Shown here: positions 52,480 to 64,000 of the stretch, piece by piece | Numbering within the stretch: the first letter of the stretch is position 1 | Layout: each line of letters begins with the position of its first letter | Source: Eledone cirrhosa | Taxonomy: Eukaryota | DNA length: 64,000 bases | Direction: 5' to 3' | NCBI GenBank assembly: GCA_964016885.1 | Contig: OZ024764.1 | Location: 14,074,001 to 14,138,000 of the forward strand | The notes under the pieces: model-generated | What the model saw: the letters and a program-made list of their open reading frames with translations, nothing else | Databases searched by the model: none | Told to the model about the DNA's origin: nothing | Made by a program: the position numbers and the translations under genes

Positions 52480-53694
52480 GTTTCCCTCAGTTGCCTTAAT
52501 CCATCTTCCATCAGTCAGAGAGAACATCAAGGGCTCGTGAAAGGCTGCAGTCTTATGTACAGTAACAACAGCAACAGCAATAGCAACAGTAACAACAACA
52601 ACAGCAACACCAATAGCAACAGTAACAACAACAACAGCAGCAATAGCAACAGATGTGTCAACAACATCTGTACAGCGACTCTCACTTCACAGCAGCCTTT
52701 AGTTCAATTCGAACTTGCCAACACCACCTCCGCCACCACTGGCCCTTCTACCTCCACCAGTGCCACGACACGGCTACTGAACAACAACAACAACAACAAC
52801 AACAGCAGCAGCATTATCGATAACGGTATTATCAACAACTGCAATAATAACAACATTATCAACAACAATAATAATAGCAACAATATGAGCAGTAGAAACG
52901 TCTGTAGGATTCTATCACGGCACAAACCTTTAGCCCTTTTCAAATTCCGCACCTCCTCCTTCGCCACCACCAGTACCGAAACACGGCTCAATAACAGCAG
53001 CAAGAACAACAGCAACAATACCAGCAGTGGTCATATCTGTATGGTTCTGTCACGGCAGCAACCTTCAAATCTGTTTAAATTCGGCTCCAGCACCGCCGCT
53101 GCCATCACAGCAGTTCGTCAGTTCACACAAGACGGCAGGCAACAACAAACTGAGACACATCGTGAAGAAGATGGCCTGACCTCCGATTACACTCTCGTCT
53201 ATAAAAACTCTTCTATCCATTACTACCGCATGGCTCAGTTGCTGTTGCAGCCCACCTCAGGCGTGTGTGGTGTGGCGGCCGCCTATCTCGCCATCACCTC
53301 CAAAAACGACTTCTTCGTGCGACAAACTGTCGACTACTTTGAACACCCATTTGTGGCAGGTTGTGCTTTCTTCATGTTCAACGCCTACATCTTCTACCTG
53401 GTCACTGAACTGTGTCGGTGCTATCTACTGCGGATCTACGTCCACGTAGACGATGAGCACTACGTAGGTATCGTCCCAAGCATGCTACCGATGTCTTCTC
53501 CGACCAAGTTGAACTTCACAGCTGCCGACATTAATCTCACGTCTAGGAACTTTTATATCCCATTCAAGAGAGGTAACTCTGTCATAAAAGGGAGACCATT
53601 CATATTACACAGTGATGACTTCAGAGTCCCGAAATATCATTCTGTCTTATATCCTGTACAATATGATAAAGATGATGATGATATAAATAAATAA
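52480..53694 (+). CDS. TMEM70-like (TMEM70/TMEM186/TMEM223 family) mitochondrial inner-membrane protein with long Asn-rich N-terminus; first ATG in exon at 52555
   Basis: Non-repeat ORF behind acceptor tttgtcatttccag (52479). The C-terminal ~175 aa has the TMEM70 layout as I recall it: LVY, two hydrophobic helices, YLLRIY..D.Y, F...DI, R.FIL...DF....Y..L...YDK. AATAAA lies at the stop. The family call is from motif memory, not a search. Confidence 0.72.
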   Translation, partial: VSLSCLNPSSISQREHQGLVKGCSLMYSNNSNSNSNSNNNNSNTNSNSNNNNSSNSNRCVNNICTATLTSQQPLVQFELANTTSATTGPSTSTSATTRLLNNNNNNNNSSSIIDNGIINNCNNNNIINNNNNSNNMSSRNVCRILSRHKPLALFKFRTSSFATTSTETRLNNSSKNNSNNTSSGHICMVLSRQQPSNLFKFGSSTAAAITAVRQFTQDGRQQQTETHREEDGLTSDYTLVYKNSSIHYYRMAQLLLQPTSGVCGVAAAYLAITSKNDFFVRQTVDYFEHPFVAGCAFFMFNAYIFYLVTELCRCYLLRIYVHVDDEHYVGIVPSMLPMSSPTKLNFTAADINLTSRNFYIPFKRGNSVIKGRPFILHSDDFRVPKYHSVLYPVQYDKDDDDINK

Positions 53695-53807
53695 TAAATA
53701 ATTACTTCTGTTAATTAATTAGCGAGTTTTATTATTATTATTATTATTATTATTACTCAGAAGTCTCCTCCCTATTGGCGAATCTGCTTTCGTTTTATTT
53801 TTTCTTT

Positions 53808-55050
53808 CGGTAGAGCGTCAGATACCATGCTTTCCAGCATAGAGTTATGGCCCTTTGCGTCCTGGGTTCAAATCCCGTCGAGATTAGCTTTGCCTTTCAT
53901 CCTTACAGCGTTCATAAAATAAAGTACCAGTAATGTACTGAGGTAATTGCTGGCCTTGTGCCAAAAGTAGAAACAAAGGCGGTGGTTTGGTAGTATCGGT
54001 AGAGTGTCGGACATCATGCTTTGCAGCATAGAGTTACATCCATTTACGATCTAAGTTTAAATCCCCTTGAGCTTGGTTTTGCCTTTCTTCCTTCCTTACG
54101 GGGTTGATAAAATAAAGTACCAGTAATGTACTGGCGTCGATTTAATAGACTTCCCCCTCCCCAAAATGGTTAACCTTGTGCCTAAATCAGAAATCATTAC
54201 TAAACCCCGCCGAGGTTGACTTTGCCTTTCATCCTTACGGGGTCGATAAAATAAAGTACCAGTAATGTACTGGGAAATTGCTGGCCTTGTGCCAATAGTA
54301 GAAACAATTATTATTTGGCAGTATCGGTAGAGGGTTGGACGCCATGCTTTCTAGCATAGTTACGTCCCTTTACAGTCTGAGTTCAAATCCCGCCGAGATT
54401 AACTTTGCCTTTCATCCTTACGGGGTCGATAAAATAAAGTACCAGTAATGTACTGGGAAATTGCTGGCCTTGTGCCAATAGTAGAAACAATTATTATTTG
54501 GCAGTATCGGTAGAGGGTTGGACGCCATGCTTTCTAGCATAGTTACGTCCCTTTACAGTCTGAGTTCAAATCCCGCCGAGATTAACTTTGCCTTTCATCC
54601 TTACGGGGTCGATAAAATAAAGTACCAGTAATGTACTGAGAAATTGCTGGCCTTGTGCCAATAGTAGAAACAATTATTATTTGGCAGTATCGGTAGAGGG
54701 TTGGACGCCATGCTTTCTAGCATAGTTACGTCCCTTTACAGTCTGAGTTCAAATCCCGCCGAGATTAACTTTGCCTTTCATCCTTACGGGGTCGATAAAA
54801 TAAAGTACCAGTAATGTACTGGATAATTGCTGGCCTTGTGCCAAAAGTAGAAACAATTATTATTATGACATAGGCAGTTCGGTAGAGGATCGGACGCCAT
54901 GCTTTGCAGCACAGAGTTGCGGTCCTTTATGATCTGAGTTCAAATCCCACCGAGGTTAACTTCACCTTTCATCCTTACAGGGTACCAGTCACGCACTGGA
55001 GTCAATTTAATCGACTTCCCCCTCCCTCCAATTACTGGCCTTGTGCCTAT
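53808..55050 (+). mobile_element. Head-to-tail cluster of SINE family 3 (GCCTTTCATCCTTACGGGGTCGATAAAATAAAGTACCAG core), including a 183-bp tandem triplication
   Basis: Repeated TGGCAGTATCGGTAGAG / GAGTTCAAATCC boxes plus conserved core. Other copies near 10490-10685, 16895-17370, 21250-21655, 25455-25745, 39075-39410, 56288-56450, 61405-61545. Confidence 0.8.
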
Positions 55051-55084
55051 ATAAGAAGCCAGTTTTGCAGCACAGAGTTACGCC

Positions 55085-55322
55085 CCTTTGTGGCGTTTCC
55101 CCGGAGGTCGGCAAGGGAGACACGCTGGAAAAGCCATTCCAACTCGTGAAGCTCACACCTGCGGCTGGCCAGCTCAGCGCCTATGGTGGTGAGTAGGGAG
55201 GTAGCCCTAGGGTCGAGGACACCAGAAGTCTCCACTGCCAAGGGTACAACCGCAAACCTGTCGGAGAGCGACCGGTATTTGAAGAGTTTGGCCTCCTCAG
55301 CCCGACGTGCAGCAGAACCTGG
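55085..55322 (-). mobile_element. CRE-like non-LTR retrotransposon fragment (restriction-like endonuclease C-terminus)
   Basis: AEEAK..KY..L....VPLAVETSG......IG..L.......LFQRVSLA.LRGNA pattern. Confidence 0.75.
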
Positions 55323-55577
55323 GTTAGTCACAGACTACACCAGGTTGCAAAACTGTTTGGGCTGCTGCCCCCCTCCTCACGGCCACGGAATACCCTCAAC
55401 GCTCCCCAACCCTGTCCCCAGAGTGACCTACCTACATGAAAATTGTAAATAACACATAATACATAAATTCGTTAATTTACAAATAATATACTATGTATAA
55501 ATAAATATATGACAAGTATGTTTTGAAACAGAGAGCGAGTTTTGAAATTAGAAATAGAAGCTTTCACTGTATTTTAA

Positions 55578-56109
55578 CCGTTTAGCATTTACATTACTCT
55601 AAATATACTATTGTATTTTCACAGCAAAGGCTTTACCTCACATAACATTTCTCTATATATACTATTGTATTTTCACAGTAAAGGCTTTACCTCACATAAC
55701 ATTTCTCTATATATACTATTGTATTTTCACAGCAAAGGCTTTACCTCACATAACATTTCTCTATATATACTATTGTATTTTCATGGTAAAGGCTTTACCT
55801 CACATAACATTTCTCTATATATACTATTGTATTTTCATGGTAAAGGCTTTACCTCACATAACATTTCTCTATATATACTATTGTATTTTCATGGTAAAGG
55901 CTTTACCTCACATAACATTTCTCTATATATACTATTGTATTTTCACAGTAAAGGCTTTACCTCACATAATTTCAAATCTATGAGATTTTGATGTCATTAA
56001 TATTGAGAACAATACCTTAACATCAGTATAAGCAGCTGGTTACAGCCAGTTTGAATAGAAAGAGGTGAGAGAATTCTGGCCGGATATGGCCAGTTTAAAT
56101 GCTAAAGGG
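55578..56109. mobile_element. piggyBac-like MITE with internal 54-bp minisatellite
   Basis: Same termini and TTAA flanks; about 7 internal units (source of the YFHSKGFTSHNISLYILL ORF). Confidence 0.78.
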
Positions 56110-56464
56110 TTAACTAAAGAAATTTTAGCCTGGTAGTGGGGTCTAGAACCCTCTAAGAAATGGAAAAAGATGAGAATTGACAAACATGGGGGTCAATAGT
56201 CATCTTTTACCATTCCTTAAAGGGTTCTAAATCCCACTATCAGGCTAAAATGTTATATATTTTTTATTTTACTATGTATACAATATAGTTTCTACGTTTG
56301 GCACAAGGCCAGCAGTTACCCCAGTGCATCACTGGTACTTTATTTTATCGACCATCGAAGGATGAAAGGCAAAGTTAACCTCGGCGGATTTGAACTCAGA
56401 ACGCAAAGGGCCATAACTCTATGCTGCAAAGCATGGCGTCCGACCCTCTACCACCAAAACACTG

Positions 56465-56502
<38 letters not shown>

Positions 56503-56694
56503 GGAACCAGTAAGACCCCGACAGCTGAGCTCAAGCCATTTCGACGACTAATTCTGGAGTCCAGAATTAGCCGTCGAAACGGCTTGAGCTCAGCTGTCGG
56601 GGTCTTACTGGTTCCTATTACCCCCTCCACTACCTCAAGTATTGAGTACTTTGGTGCGTTATGGTCCACCTGGTTCCTTACCACATTTCCTTCG

Positions 56695-56735
<41 letters not shown>

Positions 56736-56979
56736 ATATGTATCATTTGATATTCAATATACTATTATATCATCTCTACTGCGCCCCCTGGTGGTGGTAG
56801 CGCCTACTATGAGAACCTCTGACTTAACACATACTTACTTTGCTACTGGATCAAAGCCAAGGGCTAAACAACAACCACAAAGACATCATCATAATATATG
56901 ACTAGTTGATTTTGGTAAATCATTTTATTTATTTATATATAAGTTACAAATTGGAGGTAATGTTCATTTATTAAGTGTC

Positions 56980-57017
<38 letters not shown>

Positions 57018-57589
57018 ATATATATTTATATATATATATACATATATCTCGGAGAGAATAGGGGGCTGGGGGTTGGGTGGTGGTAGAGAGTTGATAGTGG
57101 TGGTGGTGGTGGAGGGAGATTGATGGTGTGATAATGGTGGTGGTTGTGGGTGGAGGGATTCAGATCAATTTTGTTGTTTAAATGGTGGAGGGTTTGTTGT
57201 TGGGGGGGTGGGTGAAGTGTTAGGCAGGGCCACATCTGTGGGGCTGGAGGAGTGGAGAGAGAGGGAAGAGGTTGAAAGTGGAGGGAGTAGCGGGCATGGT
57301 TGCGTTGTGCTGTGTAGTGTGGTGTGGTGTGGTGTGGTGTCGATGGTTATGGAGTTGTGTGTCTGTTTCTCTGTGAATGAGTAACATCTGCAGAGGAGAG
57401 CAGTTGCCTCTCTCTCCCCCAGAACATAATTGAATATATTTTACCCCTCACCCAAACCCCCACAAAACAGGTTACAATAAAAATATGTCTAAGTAGTGTG
57501 TATGTGTCTTGTCTGCCTGTCCCCCCCAAAAAGATCCCAGTCCTCGCTATAAAGTGGTCATGTTGTTGACAAGATAAGTGCCCAATCGA

Positions 57590-58690
57590 CATAGTAAAGT
57601 GGTCATGTAGGTGTCATGACAAAAAGCGCCCAGCCCACACTGTTAAGTGGTCATTTTGGTGACAAGACAAAAAGCGCCCAGCCCACACTGTTAAGTGGTC
57701 ATTTTGGTGACAGGACAAAAAATGCCCAGCTCACACTGTTAAGTGGTCATTTTGGTGACAAGACAAAAAATGCCCAGCCCACACTGTTAAGTGGTCATTT
57801 TGGTGACAAGACAAAAAATGCCCAGCCCACACTGTTAAGTGGTCATTTTGGTGACAAGACAAAAAATGCCCAGCCCACACTGTAAAGTGGTCATTTTGGT
57901 GACAAGACAAAAAATGCCCAGCCCACACTGTTAAGTGGTCATTTTGGTGACAAGACAAAAAATGCCCAGCCCACACTGTTAAGTGGTCATTTTGGTGACA
58001 AGACAAAAAATGCCCAGCCCACACTGTAAAGTGGTCATTTTGGTGACAAGACAAAAAATGCCCAGCCCACACTGTTAAGTGGTCATTTTGGTGACAAGAC
58101 AAAAAATGCCCAGCCCACACTGTTAAGTGGTCATTTTGGTGACAAGACAAAAAATGCCCAGCCCACACTGTTAAGTGGTCATTTTGGTGACAAGACAAAA
58201 AATGCCCAGCCCACACTGTAAAGTGGTCATTTTGGTGACAAGACAAAAAATGCCCAGCCCACACTGTAAAGTGGTCATTTTGGTGACAAGACAAAAAATG
58301 CCCAGCCCACACTGTTAAGTGGTCATTTTGGTGACAGGACAAAAAATGCCCAGCCCACACTGTTAAGTGGTCATTTTGGTGACAAGACAAAAAATGCCCA
58401 GCCCACACTGTTAAGTGGTCATTTTGGTGACAAGACAAAAAATGCCCAGCCCACACTGTAAAGTGGTCATTTTGGTGACAGGACAAAAAGTGCCCAATCG
58501 ACATAGTAAAGTGGTCATGTAGGTGTCATGACAAAAAGTGCCCAGCCACACTGTTAAGTGGTCGTTTTAGTGAGAAGAGAAAAACCACCCAGCCCACATT
58601 GTAAAGTGGTCATTTTGGTGACAAGACAAAAAGCGCCCAGTCCACATAGTAAAGTGGTCGTGTAGATGTCATGACAAAAAGGACCATCCA
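57590..58690. repeat. 48-bp minisatellite inside a SINE-like element
   Basis: cccacactgttaagtggtcattttggtgacaagacaaaaaatgcccag x about 20, followed by SINE tail to about 58853. Confidence 0.94.
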
Positions 58691-59197
58691 CATTGTAAAT
58701 GTGGTTTGTGTTAGGAAGGGCATAGAGACCAAACCAGAAACAGTTCTGTATGAGTAAGAGATAGCCATCTGATTTGTCTTGTCCCGCAGCAGGAGAACTT
58801 ATCTAACCCATGCTAAGGTGGAAAAAATAGACATTAAAACGATGATGATGATGACACCGACGTCGACACCTTGCCCTTTAACCTTTTGAGGTCAATAAAT
58901 AACGTTTTAGACCAGGGCAGTCATGTCTTGGGGTCAATTCTGCATCTCTCCGAACTTACTCTCCTTTGTAAGAAATCAGAAGGGATGGAACGAGATGGGA
59001 TCTCCCTGGTTATTAACCTTCTGGGCGCTGATAGAGTAACCTCCCCTTAAGACAGTGTCAAGGGCTGCAATTTATTAAAACATTCAGCGTCCAGAAGGTT
59101 AAATGCCCAGAACATGCCCTACAGCATCACTACAGCACTTTTACAACTAGCAAGAGTTACAGGCCTTTTCTTTTATTTTCCTACTTTGACTAGATGC

Positions 59198-59346
<149 letters not shown>

Positions 59347-59811
59347 AGATATGTATGTGTGTGTGTGTGTATATATATGTATGTATATAAACATATGTAT
59401 GTTTGTGTGAATGTATATGTGTGTGTATGTATATATATATATATATGAATGTGTGTGTGTGTATGTATGTGTGTATATATATATATAGACAACAATATTT
59501 TAGGGGTTTTAATAGGCAGGGGATGTTTCTTTCAGTCCAGCTCCTGTTTGGTCTGCTGTGAAGAAAGAGAGACAGACAGACAGACAGACAGGAAGGAGGT
59601 GGGGGTATGTGGAGTGTGGTGTGTGGTTTGTGCAGTGAAGTGCGGCCAGTAGAAGCTACCAGTGTCGCCATCTGGTGGTAGAGACTCTTTTACCCTTCCC
59701 ACCACCGTATCTGTAGTTTAGCTTGTGGGCCAATAATTTGAATATCAGAGGACGGTGTTGAAATGCTTGATATCAGCACTGATCATGTCTGTACAGTCGC
59801 CATTTACACAC

Positions 59812-60780
59812 TGTCTGTCTGTGCGTCCAGATATCTATCTATCTGTCTGTCTGTGTCTATCTATTTATCTATCTATCTGCCTGTGTGTCTAGATACCCAC
59901 TTGTCTGCCTGTATGTCTAGATATCTGCCTATCTATCTGTGTCTATCTATTTATCTATCTATCTGCCTGTGTGTCTAGATACCCACCTGTCTGCCTGTAT
60001 GTCTAGATATCTGCCTATCTATCTGTGTCTATCTATTTATCTATCTATCTGCCTGTGTGTCTAGATACCCACCTATCTGCCTGTATGTCTAGATATCTGC
60101 CTATCTATCTATCTCTCTGTCTGTCTGTGTCTATCTATTTATCTATCTATCTGCCTGTGTGTCTAGATACCCACCTGTCTGCCTGTATGTCTAGATATCT
60201 GCCTATCTATCTGTGTCTATCTATTTATCTATCTATCTGCCTGTGTGTCTAGATACCCACCTATCTGCCTGTATGTCTAGATATCTGCCTATCTATCTAT
60301 CTCTCTGTCTGTCTGTGTCTATCTATTTATCTATCTATCTGCCTGTGTGTCTAGATACCCACCTGTCTGCCTGTATGTCTAGATATCTGCCTATCTATCT
60401 GTGTCTATCTATTTATCTATCTATCTGCCTGTGTGTCTAGATACCCACCTATCTGCCTGTATGTCTAGATATCTGCCTATCTATCTATCTCTCTGTCTGT
60501 CTGTGTCTATCTATTTATCTATCTATCTGCCTGTGTGTCTAGATACCCACCTGTCTGCCTGTATGTCTAGATATCTGCCTATCTATCTGTGTCTATCTAT
60601 TTATCTATCTATCTGCCTGTGTGTCTAGATACCCACCTATCTGCCTGTATGTCTAGATATCTGCCTATCTATCTATCTCTCTGTCTGTCTGTGTCTATCT
60701 ATTTATCTATCTATCTGCCTGTGTGTCTAGATACCCACCTGTCTGCCTGTATGTCTAGATATCTGCCTATCTATCTGTGT
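59812..60780. repeat. TCTA/TCTG-based repeat with 188-bp higher-order unit
   Basis: Identical ORF translations recur at 60025, 60213, 60401, 60589. Confidence 0.93.
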
Positions 60781-61062
60781 CAATCCAATCAACATCTAAA
60801 CACTGGGGGCAGAGAATCTAACACTATACCCACACAAAATTGTTTTTCTCACTATTTAAAGTATTAGCATACACTCTACTTCCCTTTTGGTTGGTATCTT
60901 AATGATACTAGTTTAATTAAAGCATTGAGTGAGTGGGAAAATGATCGAAGGTATATCGGTCTCACTCAATAGCTTTGTTTCAGTAATATATATATATATG
61001 TCCCAAGGCTCTGATACCATCAACACTATAAACACAGAGCTGGCATATCTAAGAACTGACTA

Positions 61063-61122
61063 ACTGCCTGATGAGGTCATAGCCATTCAATGGCTATCAT
61101 CGAAATATATATATATAGCAGT
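61063..61122 (+). ncRNA. Type I hammerhead ribozyme with (TA)n stem III, family G
   Basis: ACTGC-CTGATGA-ggtc atagcca ttcaa tggctat catc-GAAA-(TA)5-TA-GCAGT; perfect 5-bp stem I. Confidence 0.85.
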
Positions 61123-61163
61123 AAATAAAGGATTATGAGTTCATGCAATTGACTTATGTTTCG

Positions 61164-61194
<31 letters not shown>

Positions 61195-61358
61195 TGATGA
61201 TTTCTCCTGAATGAAACAGTTCTAGTCCTGTAGAAGCCATTTCTATATCAAATATATATATATATATAAGTTTATCTCGGGTTCACTCAGGGGTAACCAC
61301 AGTAAGTGTGGGAAAATAATTGAAAGTATATCAATTCTATTCAATGGCTTTGTTTCAG

Positions 61359-61404
<46 letters not shown>

Positions 61405-61754
61405 TTGTTTCTACTTTAGGCACAAGGCCAGCAATTACCCAGTGCATTACTGGTACTTTATTTTATCGACCCCCGTAAGGATGAAAGGCAAAGTCAACCT
61501 CGGCGGGATTTGAACTCAGATCCCGCCGAGGTTGACTTTGCCTTTATATATATATATATATATATATATACTGATGATTTCTCCTGAATGAAACAGTTCT
61601 AGTCCTGTAGAAGCCATTTCTGTTACTGTAGGTTCACCCGGGTGAGCACTCGATGTTTAGGTTCACTTCAGTGTCGAGGTGTAGAGCTAGACAGAGTGTA
61701 TTATAGTGAAAGGATAACAAGGACGATTGGTTACTCCTTCATTACATTTATTTG

Positions 61755-61843
61755 TAGGTGACACGTGTTTCACCACTGATCAGCTCAAGGTTCGATCTGT
61801 ATCGATCGAACCTGACTCTGTAATCCACAGCTCGTCAGACCCC
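61755..61843 (-). ncRNA. Type I hammerhead ribozyme with extended stem II, family D relative
   Basis: GGGT-CTGACGA-long hairpin containing cagagtcaggttcgatc/gatcgaacct-GAAAC-ACGT-GTC-ACCT. Confidence 0.8.
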
Positions 61844-62494
61844 TTGCAATAGTAATGAAAAAAAAATATATATATATATATATATTTTTAAGGAACGATC
61901 GACTTTCGTCAAATCGGACCGAGGGAACAATGTTTCCGTTGGTCTTTCCAATTGCTAATACTATCTATCGGTCGCAACTCCAGGTAGAAGGAGCAACGTG
62001 AAATAAAGTGTCTTGCCCAAGGACATAACGCATCGCCTGGTCCAGGAATCGAACTCACAACCTTACGATTGCGAATCCAAATATATACAGTAATAATAAT
62101 AAATTTGAAGACTAAAATCCAAAGAGGGCTCGATAAGGATAAATATATATCAAATATATAAGAACCCTAGAGCAAATATTTATTAAAATAACAGATTAAA
62201 GTTTCAGAAGATCCCGTTAAGGGTGAAAGCAGCGATTCTTTGCTTAAACTTTAATCTGTTATTTTAATAAATGTATATATGTATATATATATATCCAGGG
62301 AGTGTAACGTGGAGTTACTGTAGGTTAAGCCAGGTGAGCACTAAGTTTAGGGGTCACTTCAGTATTATTTAATATACAAACATCTAAGCAGTCTATTTGT
62401 GTTTATATATCCTATCTAAACTGTCTGTCTGTTTCTTTGTCCTGTCAACATCTACACACTGTATCTCTCTATAAATATCCTGTCAACATTTACA

Positions 62495-62535
<41 letters not shown>

Positions 62536-62630
62536 CACTGTACCTATCTATCTAGTCAACATCTAGTGTTTATATATCCATATATGCAGTCAATATCTAC
62601 ACACAGGTCGTCAATATTCATACTCTCTGT

Positions 62631-62672
<42 letters not shown>

Positions 62673-63381
62673 TACATACACATATATATATATATATATA
62701 CACCCAGTCAACATCTAGATTTTTCAGTCTACTCTTAATTCTTTTAACAATTTCTGTAGATATTAAAAAAAGATTTTTTTTTAAAACAGCTTCATAACAG
62801 TTTTTTTGGAGTTTTTTTGTTGTAGTTGTTGTTGTTGGTTTAACAACAACAACAACAACCATGACAAAACAATGAAAACAACAACAACAACAATAAAAAC
62901 CATGTACAGATAATTTGAAACTAATTGTCCGAGAAAACAACAAGTAAAAAAACAAAAAAATAAGTGGGAAAACACAAACAAGAGAAAGATGTGGATATTG
63001 AGAAGTAGGGAGGTGATGCAAGTGGTGGTGGTGGTGGTGGTGGTAGTGGTAGTGGTGTTAATCGTGATGGTATTGATGAAGGTGAGATGTCTAATTTGAC
63101 TGATTGATAAGTTGAGTAATTAAAAAAAAACAAAAAAAAAAAACAAAAAAAAAAAAACGACAACGAAATCAACCAAAAGTTTGTTTTTTTTAAATAAAAT
63201 TAGACGAAATGCCGATATCTTCGAAGGGGTGACATGATAACCCCTTCACAAAAATGTTTTCGTTTTTTTTTTCACCTCATTGATTTTTTTTATAGTTTTT
63301 TTTTTTTAATTTGCCCCCAGAGATGAAATAAAAAAAAATATCCATATCTGTTCATGAGTAGATGACTTATTTTATATATAT

Positions 63382-63428
<47 letters not shown>

Positions 63429-63586
63429 AATTCTCGTTTATTTAAACATTTTTTTTTAAATTTTAATTGGGTTTATAAATTGTTTTTTTTTTCACAGCTA
63501 ACCCAAAACTTTGTCTTTATCTCATATCATGTTGTGTTATGTGGAAAATTTTTCGTTTATTTTGTCGGGGATAGGGGGTAATTTTA

Positions 63587-63651
<65 letters not shown>

Positions 63652-63906
63652 GTTCATTTCTGGGATTGGAGTATATTGTTGGCAGGTAGTAGTACGTAAA
63701 GCAACATTATCCAGTAACCCAGCTCTGTGTTGGTTCGAGGCTTCAGTTCATTTTTTCCAATGTTTCCATCTGGGATTGGGGTATATTGTTGGCAGGTAGT
63801 AGGTAGGTAAAGCAACATTATCCAGTAACCCAGCTCTGTGTTGGTTCGAGGTTTCAGTTTTTCGTTTATTTTGGTGGGGGACAAGGGGAAATTTTATCAG
63901 TTTTTA

Positions 63907-63958
<52 letters not shown>

Positions 63959-64000
63959 GTTTCCAGAATCAGACAAATCCATATAATGATCGCGTCTCAA

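Overview
Repeat-rich, AT-rich animal genomic DNA. An octopod cephalopod is likely, inferred from the SINE/RTE families, (ATG)n tails and long TA/CA microsatellites. The left two thirds carry a complete ELMO/CED-12 gene on the minus strand. I assembled 21 coding exons by hand (40588 to 2108; all GT-AG and phase-consistent; about 740 aa). A TMEM70-like mitochondrial membrane protein gene lies on the plus strand (52480-53694), apparently head-to-head with ELMO, and has a triplicated, poly-Asn-spaced N-terminal module. Introns and intergenic DNA hold tRNA-derived SINEs, RTE, Tx1/L1 and CRE-like LINE fragments, mariner and piggyBac-like non-autonomous elements and many minisatellites. Nearly all long ORFs in the supplied track are repeat artefacts. 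The main unexplained signal is about 15 type I hammerhead ribozyme motifs from at least five unrelated families. They sit in (TA)n-flanked, often fold-back cassettes resembling Penelope-like pLTR or retrozyme pieces. They include a ~500-bp tandem trimer on the ELMO sense strand and variants with very long stem II. All ribozyme calls come from reading motifs and pairings by eye; none has been tested.
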